Positions 36,125-48,100 of a DNA stretch of 64,000 nt are shown here, piece by piece. Numbering within the stretch: the first letter of the stretch is position 1; each line of letters begins with the position of its first letter. The stretch is taken from assembly GCF_046119375.1 (NCBI RefSeq), contig NW_027362767.1, forward strand, positions 385,392,001-385,456,000, read 5' to 3'. The notes below the pieces were generated by a model. It saw only the letters and a program-made list of their open reading frames with translations. It was not told the origin of the DNA and ran no database searches. The translations under genes were made by a program, and so were the position numbers. This DNA is from Phyllobates terribilis. Its lineage: Eukaryota.

Positions 36125-39100
36125 GTAAGACATTTACCTTTATAAATCCGGTGCTATCATTTGATTGTTGCATAGATTTGGTTCCCTTTAAATCCATCCA
36201 CTTCTTTTTCAGCCACATCTGAATGGATCAACTTCTTCAAAGAAGCCGGGATCCCTGCCGGGCCGGCTGTCAACTACGCTGTGATGTTTGTGGACAACAG
36301 GTGAGGATGGAAGCTGCCTGCATGGAGGCAAAGGGAGGGAGGAGCTGCTCCTGAAGATCCTACACCATGATCTTTAACCCTTTCCCAACATTGGATGTAA
36401 TATTTCATCCTTTGGGGGGGATAGGGGCAGATGTGGTGAGCCTCTTTCCATAGAGGGAAGGTGCTGACTGTTTTATACAGCCTTTATCCACCTCTAATAG
36501 CAGCAACCAGAGTTTGCTCCAATCGCTACTTATTAAATGCCAGAGTCAATATCTAGATAAATAGTGTGTGGATGCGGTGGTGCCAGTGAAAGCCGCGCTT
36601 CCTCCAGGAAAGGACAGTAGGATAGGTTGATTTGAATCTTTTATTGAAAAGCTACAATACTACGCATTTCTCGGATGTCCTGTCCGCTTCTTCAGGTAAT
36701 AGCTAGTAATCACTATAGTGCAGGTATCCAAATATATATACACAGACATATAAATGTTAACCCATGTGATCAAAGAAAAAGCCCGCCAAGGGATCCCTTG
36801 GCGCCAATAGATAACGGTCTTAAAAAAAAAAAAAAAAAAACTCCTATGAGGTCAAACAATCGATTTGCAATATACATTACCAGTTGCTATTGCCCACAGC
36901 TTATCACACCACCCCTATATCAGCAGTTGGCATACACACCTCATCTGTTTGGTTTCTCCAGGGTTACAGCTCCTGAAGTTTAGCATAGTGGGGCAAAACG
37001 ATAGCCCTTTAGAAAGTAACTTAATTTCATCCTCGCTCAGTTCATAGGATGATAAATTGTAGATGTTGGATTTCTCTGTTGTTGTATTAAAATGTTCTGC
37101 TCCCTTGCCGCTCTTTTTGTATTTTTTTCCCCCTCTGTTACCTCTACGGGATTTTTTCTTTTTCCTAGTCTCTGAAAAAAAGCGATCTAAAGTCTCCTGT
37201 CCTAGGGGTAGAGCCTGGGGTAAAAAATAAGTGTTATACAGTGGGATTTGTCAGTCATCGTGTTATCTACTAATATTTTGTGATGGGTGAGAGTGGCAGT
37301 GCCCTCAGAAGTGGGTACTGTGGCCGTCTCTCTGTTGCCCAATGGAGATGATGTGAGGGACAACGGGGTGCAATGTAGTGAGAAATTTATCAAATCTGTA
37401 ATATCTGAAGGCTCATAATTGGATTAGGATGCTCTTGATATTAAATGTAATTGTTTTTACCATTTATCTAATTCTATGTAATATTCATATATAGCTCCTT
37501 GTGTATTTAATAATCATGCATTTTTATTTCATTTTACTATGACAATAGCAACTGGTAATGTATATTGCAAGTCGATTTTGACCTCATAGGAGTTTTTTTT
37601 TTTTTTAAGACCGTTATCTATTGGCGCCAAGGGATCCCTTGGCGGGCTTTTTCTTTGATCACATGGGTTAACATTTATATGTCTGTGTATATATATTTGG
37701 ATACCTGCACTATAGTGATTACTAGCTATTACCTGAAGAAGCGGACGGGACGTCCGAGAAACGCGTAGTATTGTAGCTTTTCAATAAAAGATTCAAATCA
37801 ACCTATCCTACTGTCCTTTCCTGGAGGAAGCGCGGCTTTCACTGGCACCACCGCATCCACACACTATTTATCTCGTTAAGGATCCCTGGAGATTCGTGTC
37901 GGCTGCAGCACCTCTATTTATATCTTTTCAATGAGTTGTGCATGTCACAACCCTGAATGGTGAACAATTTCATTTATTATCTTCACAATTGGTTATCGGA
38001 TTTCAGCGCTATTTGCTCACCCAATCTTCTTTACTTCTTTCAGTGTCAATATCTGACAGGTGCATTTAAATAGACTGGTTGCCAGCGCATGTTTTGGCTC
38101 CCATCTGCCACTCGGCATCACAGTTTTGGGGTGCCATGGCATCCAAGGGCCTACTGAATTCTCCAGCGCTGCCATCTTGATGCTCCTGTGAAGCCCAGAC
38201 TGAGGCAGGGTTTCATATGAGAACATCATATTCTGATACGCCGAACAAACGTCTGTAGGATCCAGACCACTATGGGGACTAGAAATAAAGGTTAAAAAAC
38301 ATTTGATTCACTCTCAACCACATTCTTTTCCCAGTTTAACCCCTTTCTTGCCTGTGCCGTATTAGTACGGTACAGGCTAGCACCCCTGGATCAGCGCGGG
38401 CTCCAGCGCTGAGCCTGCACTGAAGTGGGCACATGTCAGCTGATTTATACAGCTGATATGTGCCTGCAACAGCCCCGGGTGGAATCGCAATCCACTCGCA
38501 GCTGTTAACCAGTTAAATGCCGCTGTCAATCTGAGGGTCCGTGCCCATGATGCATTTTTGCAGCGTAAACACTTGTAAAACGCTTGGTAATCCTTCTCCC
38601 ATGGTCCCCAATGTAAATCTGCAATTTCAATGCCCATGCTGCGGAAAACCGCAGCGTTTTTGATGTGCGGAAAATTCAGCAGCATGTGCATTATTTGTGC
38701 GTTTACGCATGCGGAATTGCCATCTTCAAAGCATTAGAAAAACGCATGTGAAATTCCGCACATGTTTTTCCCGGCAAGGACATGCGGAAATTTTCCGCTT
38801 CATTTGCATTTGGCATGGCAATCCAGGGTCTGCAACAGACCCCTGTGGTTGTCATGTCCTGATTGCTATGAGCGCCGCCCAGTGGTCGGCGCTCATAGCA
38901 AGTGAGCATTTCTGCTGCATACTGGGGATCTGCTCATTGCCTGTATATAGCAGAGCCGATCAGGCAAGTGCTGCTTCTCGTCTCCTATTGAAGCAAGCAA
39001 AAAAAAAAAAAAAAAAAAGTTTTTAAAAAAATATAGAAGTTTCACACCATTCAAAATAAAATAAAAATTAATCCGATCGGTAAACGGTGTAACGAGAAAA

Positions 39101-42100
39101 AAATTCTAAGCGCCAGAATTACGTTTTTTTGGTCGCCGCAACATTGCAATAACGGGCGATCAAAACATCGTATCTACCCCAAAATGGTATCAATAAAAGC
39201 ATCAGCTCGGCAAGCACAAAATAAGCCCTCACCCAGCACCAAATCCTGAAAAATGGAGACGTTACAGATCTCGGAAAATGACGCCTTTTTTTTTTGTTTG
39301 TTTGTTTTTAGCAAACTTTGTTTTTTTTTCACCGCTTAAATAAAAAAGAACCTATACATTTTTGGGGTCTTTGAACTCGTAATGACCTGGAGAATAATGA
39401 TGGCAGGTCAGTTTTAGCACTCGGTGAATGTGGTAAAAAAAAAACAACTGTGGAATTGCCTTTTTTTTTTTTTGGGCAATTTCACCACACTTGGAATTTT
39501 TTCCCCGTTTTCCAGTACACAATATGATAAAACCAGTGATGTCGTTTAAAAGTACAACTTTTCTCACAAAAAATAAGCCCTCACATGGCCGTATTGTCAG
39601 AAAAATAAAAACTCTATGGCTCCGGGAACAAGGAGAGCAAAAAGCGAAAACACAAAAACTGAAGATCCCAAGGTTGTTAAAGGGTTAAATATAAAGAAAA
39701 AAAATGTCCTGTATCGTTGCGTCTGTAAAATTTTGATCTATCAAAAAAAAAAAAAAAACAATTAGCTCATAAGTTAATTGCCATAAAGAGGAAAAACAAA
39801 GGCAAAACTCTGGAGTTTCTGTTATATAATTGCTGCTTTTTTCTGAAAAAAAAAAAAATGCAATAAATTGTTCATTATATCATTTATACCCCAAATTGAT
39901 ATTGATAAAAAAAACGACAACGCCAGCAAGAAACAAATACTTGAAGATCTCTATGGCCGGAAAGATAAAAAGGTTACTGGTCTCGGGGGAAAATGATGGC
40001 ACTAACCAACTTTAAGTGATGGGGTGGGGGGGGGCTAGTGTGGTGTCCCTGTAATCGTACCGACATGGAGAATCGAGCTGTCCCGTCATTTTCACCACAC
40101 AATGAACGATGTGAAAAAGAAAACGCAAAACAATGGTGAAACTTCGGTTTTGATTTTTTTTTTTTTAAGCTTCTTAATCACACTTTTATTTTATGTATTT
40201 TTTTTCTCCGTACGTTGTATGATAAATTGTAAGAGGTCATTAAAAACCAAAAACAAACGAAGTGCCTCATCTGTCTATGTTGACATGGCTCTTGGAAGGG
40301 AAAAAAAAAATGTATGAAAAGCACAAAAATGAAAATTGAAGGGGTTAAGTAGCATCAGGGTTTCTTTTGCGAGGTCCGTCATCTCTGCTAGAAAATTACT
40401 GTACAGCAAGAATGCATCTCTGCATGTGTTTTATTAGCCCTTATGTATCTGGATTAGCAATTGCCATGTGTGCACAGAGGCTCGCCTACACTGATGTTAA
40501 ATGTGCATCATGCAAAGTGACGTGGCATAGAAATGTGTAAAGGTGCACATTGTATATGGGACAAAGTGACTGATATATCATACGTCATTTATTACTTAAT
40601 TTAACTGCAAGGTCACCGCTACGTGACATTTGTCCATTTTATTTGGAGCGTGACTCATCAGGCGTTGCATGACGGAAATCATCCTGGAGCACAAACGCGG
40701 AGTCCTGTTACTTGTTCCATCCACTCTCAGCCGAGGGTTGAGTTCTTGGGTTTGATCCCCGGCATTGGTGATCACATACTCGCCCTGTTCCTGGATGTAT
40801 TAATGCCATAAAGATGTTTTTGTGCTTTTGGTTTTTTTTCTCCCCTTTCTTCCAAGAGACATCATTTTTCTTTACCATAAAACATTACAAAAAGCAGGGA
40901 AAAAAATCCAGCTTCGGTGAAAAGAAAAAAAAATTCTTCCATTATTTTTGGGATTTCATGCGTCAGTGTGCCGGAAAAAATGATCTGAAACTTCATTATC
41001 GGTTCGATTATGGCAACATCAAACTTTCAGTTTTCGCTTTTCCTTATATTATTGTTTTTTTAAGAATTAGGAACTTAAAAAAATAAATCTACTAATCTTT
41101 GCCCACGACCCTCGTCTGGCCAGTACTTGATTGTGACTGTTGCATTAGCTGCAAGAGGGACTAAGGTGGTCATATGCCCGTTCCTGCTAGAAAAGGGAGT
41201 ATGGAGAGACCACAAGGGATCTGGGCATTGTTAGAGGTGGACAGGTGGGCCTCGCTAAGTGTGTTGTTTTTTTTCTGATTTTTATACCATTTTTGTGTGT
41301 GTATGTGTGTGTGTGTGTATATATAGATAGATAGATAGATAGTAAGAACTTTAACATAGTGGTATCATTTTGACAGGCTGCTTCTAATGTTGTTTTTTTT
41401 TCTTCCAGGATCCAGAAATCTATGCTGATGGATCTCAATAAAGAGATTATTAATGAACTGGGCATAACGGCAGTGGGGGATGTTATTGCCATCCTGAAGC
41501 ATGCCAAAGTTGTCCACCGACAGGTAAGGAGACTCTTATATGGAGGTTTAGCTGTAACTTGTTAGGAGAAAGATCATAGGATATAAAACAATCGTGTACA
41601 ACACCATCCCAAAGATACTTCTCATTACTTCAGTCCTCACAACTAAAGGTTACAATATAGTAAAACAATTAAAGGGGTTGTCCACTAGTTTTACATGCCT
41701 TAGGATAGGCCATCAATGTCTGATTGGCCGGGATCTGACAATCGCACGCCCCCCCCCCCGCCGATCAGCTGTTATCAGTGCTGGCGGCCGCCAGCCGGAA
41801 GTACTCGCTTGCTGAGCTGCTCCGTCTATTCCTGGTGGCCGCCGCAGGGTACTACACATCCACCTTCTATTGATTTGAATAGTAGATGGAGATGCAGTAC
41901 CAAGCCTCAGCCAGTACAAGTAGACAGCCAGCTCGGCAAGTGAGTACTTCCGTCCGGCAGCCGACACCTATATCAGCTGATCGGGGGGCCGGGTGTCGGT
42001 CCCCGGCCGATCAGACTTGATGACCTATCCTAAGGATAGAGTAGTGGACAACCTCTTTAAATCTTCCTCCCTCCTAACATGTCTGCTAGTTTAAACATAA

Positions 42101-45100
42101 AACAAAATTGTATTCTCCATAAAAACAATTCTGGTGCTTCTTTTCTTATAACTCCATAATGTGCTATCCTTCGGTTATTCCTTCTTGAAATGTACAAATA
42201 AATTGTAGCTGGGTGTGACAAGATGGTGGTGATGCCCCGATAGGGTCGACCATGGTGCAGTCAGTGCTTGTAATGTCACACCGACTAAGGACATTCTTCT
42301 GGGGGAATAGTAACACTCTATTTGTTTCATTTCCAGGAGGAATAAGAGAGGAAACGTACAATGCACATAAAGGTCTATCTAAGCTTGAGTCTGCAGACTG
42401 TTACCCACTGTACCCACCATTGATCTGTGGACTACGGCACTGCCCCCAGCCTAATCCATATCCTAAGTCAGCTGTGCCAGGCAGAAAGTCTTCACTGCCG
42501 TCACTTATTTCTCTCACTGCAGAAAAATGTAATTAAATTTAAGCCTGTGAAATGACGTGGTCTGATTGCGCTTCCACAATTCTGTCCCCATCAGGATATA
42601 TGTAAAGCTTTGACGGACTTGTCGAGTGGAACAAGTATGCAGAACGAGCTCAGGAGAAACGCCAACAGCCGTGAGTACAGCCCAGTCAAGAGGAATCTCA
42701 TCAGAAAAAGACCGGGCTTTAAATCAGATTTTTATGTTAAATATATATTTATATTTTTTTCCACATCACTATTAAAAAAAAAAAAAAATCTTGTAAATTT
42801 TCCCACAGGCCACACGGCCGTATACCAGGCTCCTACTTACTGTCATTTACATGGACACTGTGTGCCCCAGATGGAAAACAAAAAGTTTCCTCAAAACCCC
42901 CTCAGATATATGACAGAATTAAATGCATCCAACCTCATAATAAGGGAAGGTGAGAAAAACTGAGCAGAAGACTGAAAATAAATAAGGATAAAGTTTTATT
43001 ACATAAATGGCAATAACTGTACAACTAAAGTGAGGAAGAAATACGGCTAAGAACAAATAAAAGGAAGATGGAATTACCCTTAGATAAGAGGCGAAAAAGA
43101 CAAAAAAAAACACAATTTATGCTCCAGGACACAGGAATAGTGGCATTAGGTGACCAAAGACCAATATATAAGGTCTAGTGATGAGCGAACGTGCTCTGCG
43201 GTACTCGCCCGAGCATCATGGTGCTCGTCAAGTATTTCCGGGTTGCTCGAGCGGGAACTCGGGTCCCCTCCCTGCATGTTTGGCGCTCTTTACAGAGCCA
43301 ATGAACATGCAGGGATTGCCTGCTATGCACTGTAATGCCGTAGCCATGTTGGTTGTGGGCATTACAGTGATTGGCTGGACGCACAGCGTCATCAGGTGTA
43401 TATTAGACCTGGCGCCGCCATGCTCGTCACAGTCACTCCGGATCAGACGGTGTAGGGAGAGGTGCTGCTGTGTCAGGGAGAGATTTGCTTGCGTATTAGG
43501 TAGTGTAGGGAGAAAAACCGTACATTACACATATCCATCTTTACCAACAGTCCTTTTGAGGACTAACTAATCCATCTGCAGAGATATCAGGCAGGCAGTG
43601 TATATAGGCAGGCAGGGTATATAGCAGACTGCAGTGCATATAGCACAAGAGGCTGCATTCCAGTTCTGCCTTCTGCTGCTGTTACATATTTGTATACAAA
43701 GGCCTAGGTCTCAGGGGCCAGGAATATTTTTTTTTTTCATCTTAATCCTCATTATTTGCTTAAAAAGCAATCCAGAAAACACGTTTTTTCTGCGCCATTA
43801 CCTTGTTGGCACTGCAGAATACAGCCAGGTCCTTTCCATATTACAGCGCTAAAAATGCATTTATTTAAAACTGTTTTCTCAGTCACATGCATCACATATA
43901 CGTTTTCAGAAAATACTGCCATTTCTGGCCTCCATTAAAAAAATTTTCAGTGTGTCAGTGAAGCAATTCACACCAGATTGCTGTTCAAAATAGTTACCTA
44001 CAGGTCAGGTATTTAAAACTGTTTTCTCCTTCACACGGATCACATATAAATTCGCTCCAAACTCAATCATTTGTGGTGAGCGTGGAAGATACTGTCTTCC
44101 ATTTAAAATGGGCAAGGCACGTGGCAAAGGACAGGGAACTGGACGTGATGGTACATGCAGAGGCCGAGGACAAGGCCGTGGGCAAGCTGAAATTGTGCCA
44201 CAACAAACACCCACCTTTTCCCGCCTGACCTTCCTGTCCCAATTTCCCACTATTGAACCCAGAGCAGTGTCAAAAGGTTGTTGGTTGGATAGCGGATAAT
44301 GCTTCCAGTCACTTAGCCACCACCACCACCCTGTCTTCCACACGGTCAAGTCTCTGTAGCCGTGAGTCTGGACCCGCATATTCCTCACCCTGATCCTCCT
44401 TCCTCCCACCATGCCGAGTACCCAGAGACAACTGATCCCTCACTTGGACACTCTGAAGAGCTGTTCACTTTTCCATTTATAGATTCGGTCCACTTGAAGG
44501 GGGGCAAGAGGAGAGCGCGTGCAGCGATGCCCAAATATTTGAGCAGCCACGGTCACACGAAGGCGACGGTGGGAAAGTGTCACAAGAGGTGGACGATGAT
44601 GAGACACAATTGCCAGAAAGTCAGGAGGAGGACCAGGGTGCGGAAGTGGAAGACGAGGTGGTGGATGATATAGTAACTGACCCAGCCTGGCAGGAGGACA
44701 GGGGGAGGCAGGCAGAGCACCCCAACAGGCAGGAAGAAGCAGTGTGGTGGCCGCAGACAGAAGGCAGGCAACCGTTCCCCGTAACACCAACACGAAGGAA
44801 GTTGCCAGTACAACTGTTAGGTCTTCCCGAGTCTGGTTGTTTTTTAAAGACTCTGCCGATAACCCCAAAAAGGCCATTTGCACCACCTGCCAGGCCAGCA
44901 TCAGCAGGGGTGGCAAAACGACCAGCTTGACCACCACCAGCAAGATAAGGCACATGGCAGCAAAGCACCCGACTTTGTGGGCCGAACCCCAAGGTCCAGG
45001 AACAGTGTCTGCGGGTGGCACCATTGCTTCTTCCGCTGTTGTGCATGCAAGCCAATCCCCTGTCCATGGTGCATGCGAAGATGCCTCCTGCCCTGCACCT

Positions 45101-48100
45101 GTCGTTGCACACTCTCAAGTAGCAGCATCAGGAAGCCCGTCCATGTCCTTGTCCCAGCGCATTGTTCAGTTGTCCATACCTCAGTCCTTGGAACGCAAGC
45201 GCAAATATGCAGCCAACGCCCCACAGGCCGCACTACTAAATTCTCACATTTCACGACTGCTTGCGCTCAAAATGTTGACTTTTATGCTCATGGAGACGGA
45301 AGCATTCCGCAACCTGATGGCGGCGGCCGTCCCTTGGTACTCGGTCCCCAGCCGCCACTATTTCTCCTGGTGTGCCGTCCGTGCATTACACAAGCACATG
45401 TCTCAAAACATTAGCCGTGCTCTCAACAATTGTTACCGGTAAAGGCCACCTAACCATGGACAAGTGCTTGTGGGCAGGGAAGGTACATCTCGCGGACGGA
45501 ACATTGGGTTAACATAGTGGAAGCCGGGACCCAGTCGGACCTTGGGACGGAACACGTCCTCCCGACGCCAATGATTGCGGGACCTAGGTCATTCAGGGTT
45601 GCCCCCACGGTCTACAGCTCCTGCACCTCAGCCTCCATCTCCGAAATGACCACATCAGTCACAAGCTGGAAGCACTGCCTCGGCTAAGCGGCAACAGGCT
45701 GTGCTGAAGCTAATATGCTTAGGTGAAAAACCACACAATGCTGAAGAGTTGTGGACTGCTCTGAAAGAGCAGGCAGATCTGTGGCTCTCACCGCTGAACC
45801 TACAGCCAGGCATGGTCGTGTGTGACAATGGCCGGAACCTGGTGGCTACTGAGGTGAGGCAAGCTCACAAACGTACCATGCCTGGCCCATGTGCTTAACC
45901 TCGTGGTTCAGCGGTTTCTCAAATCCTACCCGGAGCTGCCGGATCTGCTTGTTAAAGTACGCCGCCTTTGTGCCCATTTTAGAAAGTCAGCTACAGCTTC
46001 CGCCGCCCTTGCAGTGTTCAGCAGCATTTGCAGCTTCCGGCTCACAGACTGGTGTGTGATGTCCCCACACGTTGGAACTCTACACTGCAGATGTTAGGAA
46101 AGATTTGTGAGCAGAAGAGGGCAGTTGTTGAGTACCAGCATCAACAAGGCCGTCGCTATTCAGTTCAGACTCCACACATAAGACCTCAGGAGTGTACATG
46201 GATGTCAGACATATGTACCATCCTCCAAAACTTTCAGGACTCCACCAAGATGGTGAGCGGCGATGACGCCATAATTAGTGTCACCATCCCGTTTCTCTGT
46301 CTTCTGAAATGCTCTCTGCTCACAATCAAAGAGGATGCATTGCAGGCAGAGCACGATGAGATGGAGCAAGGAACCATACAGGGTGATTACACACAGCCCA
46401 GCCTCATCTCATCCCAACGTGGATTGGGTGACAATGAGGAAGAGGAGGAGAAGGAAGGACAGGAGCTAGTTTCATGCGCTATAGACGGTACTACCTGCAC
46501 AGCTGTCATACCATCTGTTCAGCGTGGATGGCCAGAGGACAGAGAAGGAGGAGGAGAGCATGGTCAGTCATCCTCTTGGTGAGGACACGGAAGTCTTGCC
46601 TGTTAGTAGTCTGGCACGCATGGCCAAGTTTGTTACGCTGCCTTTACCATGACCCTCGTGTTCTCAAAATTTTGGGTGACAGTCATTACTGGTTGGTGAC
46701 ACTTCTAGACCCACGCTACAAGGAGAACTTTATATCTCTTATTCCTGAGGTGGACTGGTTTACAAAAAATGGCTGTACCAGAAGGCCCTTGTTGCGGAAC
46801 TATTAAAAAAATTCCCATCTGAAAATGCTGGCGGCAGAGGGCACACTTCGTTGGACATCCAAGAAGTACAGGCGAGAGAGACACAACTTCAATCCAGCAG
46901 AGGCAGGGGAACACTGTCAAAGTTCTGGGAGAGTTTTCTCAGACCCTCCCATCGGACAGGCCCTAAGGCGCGGGGTACTCACAAGGAGTGCAAAGTTTGG
47001 GAAGATGCTGAGAGTACCTTGCCGACCGTACCAACGTCCTCCGTGATTCCGCTGTGCCTTATAATTATTGGGTATCCAAGCTGGACACTTGGAATGAACT
47101 CGCTCTGTACGCCTTGGAGGTCCTGGCCTGCCCTGCCGCCAACGTTTTATCAGAGCGGGTTTTTAGTGTCGCTGGTGGAATTATAACTGATAACCGCATC
47201 CACCTGTCAACTGAAAATGCTGACAGGCTGACTCTTATAAAAATGAACACGGGCTGGATTGGGCCAGACTTCTCAACACCACCGAATGATAGCAGCATAA
47301 CATAAACTCCAATCCAGTGTCTTTTCTTGGGAGGTGTATTCCCATGAATCTTTTCATACCCACACATGGGTATACGCTTCCTGATTTTGGCTATTTGCTC
47401 TTGTCCTCCTCCTTCTCATCCTCCACCACATCACTAGGGTGACCGTGGTCCGTGATGCAACACCCACCTAATTTTTTTTAAAGGGTGTTTATGATGCCCT
47501 TAAAAAAAATGACAGCCAGAGTAGATTCGGTTTCCCTCTATGCCAGCCCTTTCACCGAGCTAAAGAATATGGCTGTGGTGAAATACAACTCCCACTGAGA
47601 AGCTGTTTCAGATTGAAAAACATTGTGCCCACCAGAGGATTTGATTCTGAGGGCTCACCTTTCTCACCCGCTCAAGAGCCCCATAGCAGCTGCAAAGTTA
47701 GCGCTATCATGAACTCTCCTGAGGTAGAAGCCAGGGCCCACCCGAGGATTCTCTGGTGGGACCGTCCCAACCCTGCCAAGAAGCAGTCCTGGCTAAGAAA
47801 AGTGTGTAGAAAGGTTCCCGGACACTCTATGGCTGCTTTTTTTACTGAGGAGGAAACCCACGCAAACACGGGGAGAACATACAAAATCCTTGCAGATGTT
47901 GTCCTTGCTGGGATTTGAACCCAGGATCCCAGTGCTGCAAAGCAACAGTGCTAACCACTGATCCAATGTGCTGCCGTTCACCCTCTAATATCTAACAGGC
48001 TGGAGAAACTTGCATCTACTGCCACTCTATCTTCAGCTCCTTTGTGAGAAAATGTATTTGGGCTGCCACTCAGTCTACCAAATAAAATTCCTGAGAAGGA

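Larger units (their letters stand above)
36555..37960. mobile_element. Penelope-like element remnant with inverted pseudo-LTRs
   Basis: Arms 36555-36892 and 37543-37873 are reverse complements around a 650-bp spacer, and each holds a hammerhead. The right copy continues into GGATCC...TGAGTTGTGCATGTCACAACC, which I recall as PLE-like. Confidence 0.75.

Noticed and set aside
36893-37542. GIY-YIG/RT coding remnants in the palindrome spacer
   Set aside because: No convincing reading frame or motif could be read by eye; needs a translated profile search.
40620-40810. Intronic snoRNA in C19orf47
   Set aside because: No properly spaced C/D boxes with a terminal stem, and no H/ACA hairpin pair recognised.
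44108-47305. Domesticated ZBED-like host gene
   Set aside because: Multiple frameshifts and stops, with intact TIRs and TSD, indicate a decayed transposon copy.
47851-47975. tRNA gene
   Set aside because: A and B boxes are present but continue into a SINE body that is repeated at 53538-53670; it is a SINE head, not a tRNA.
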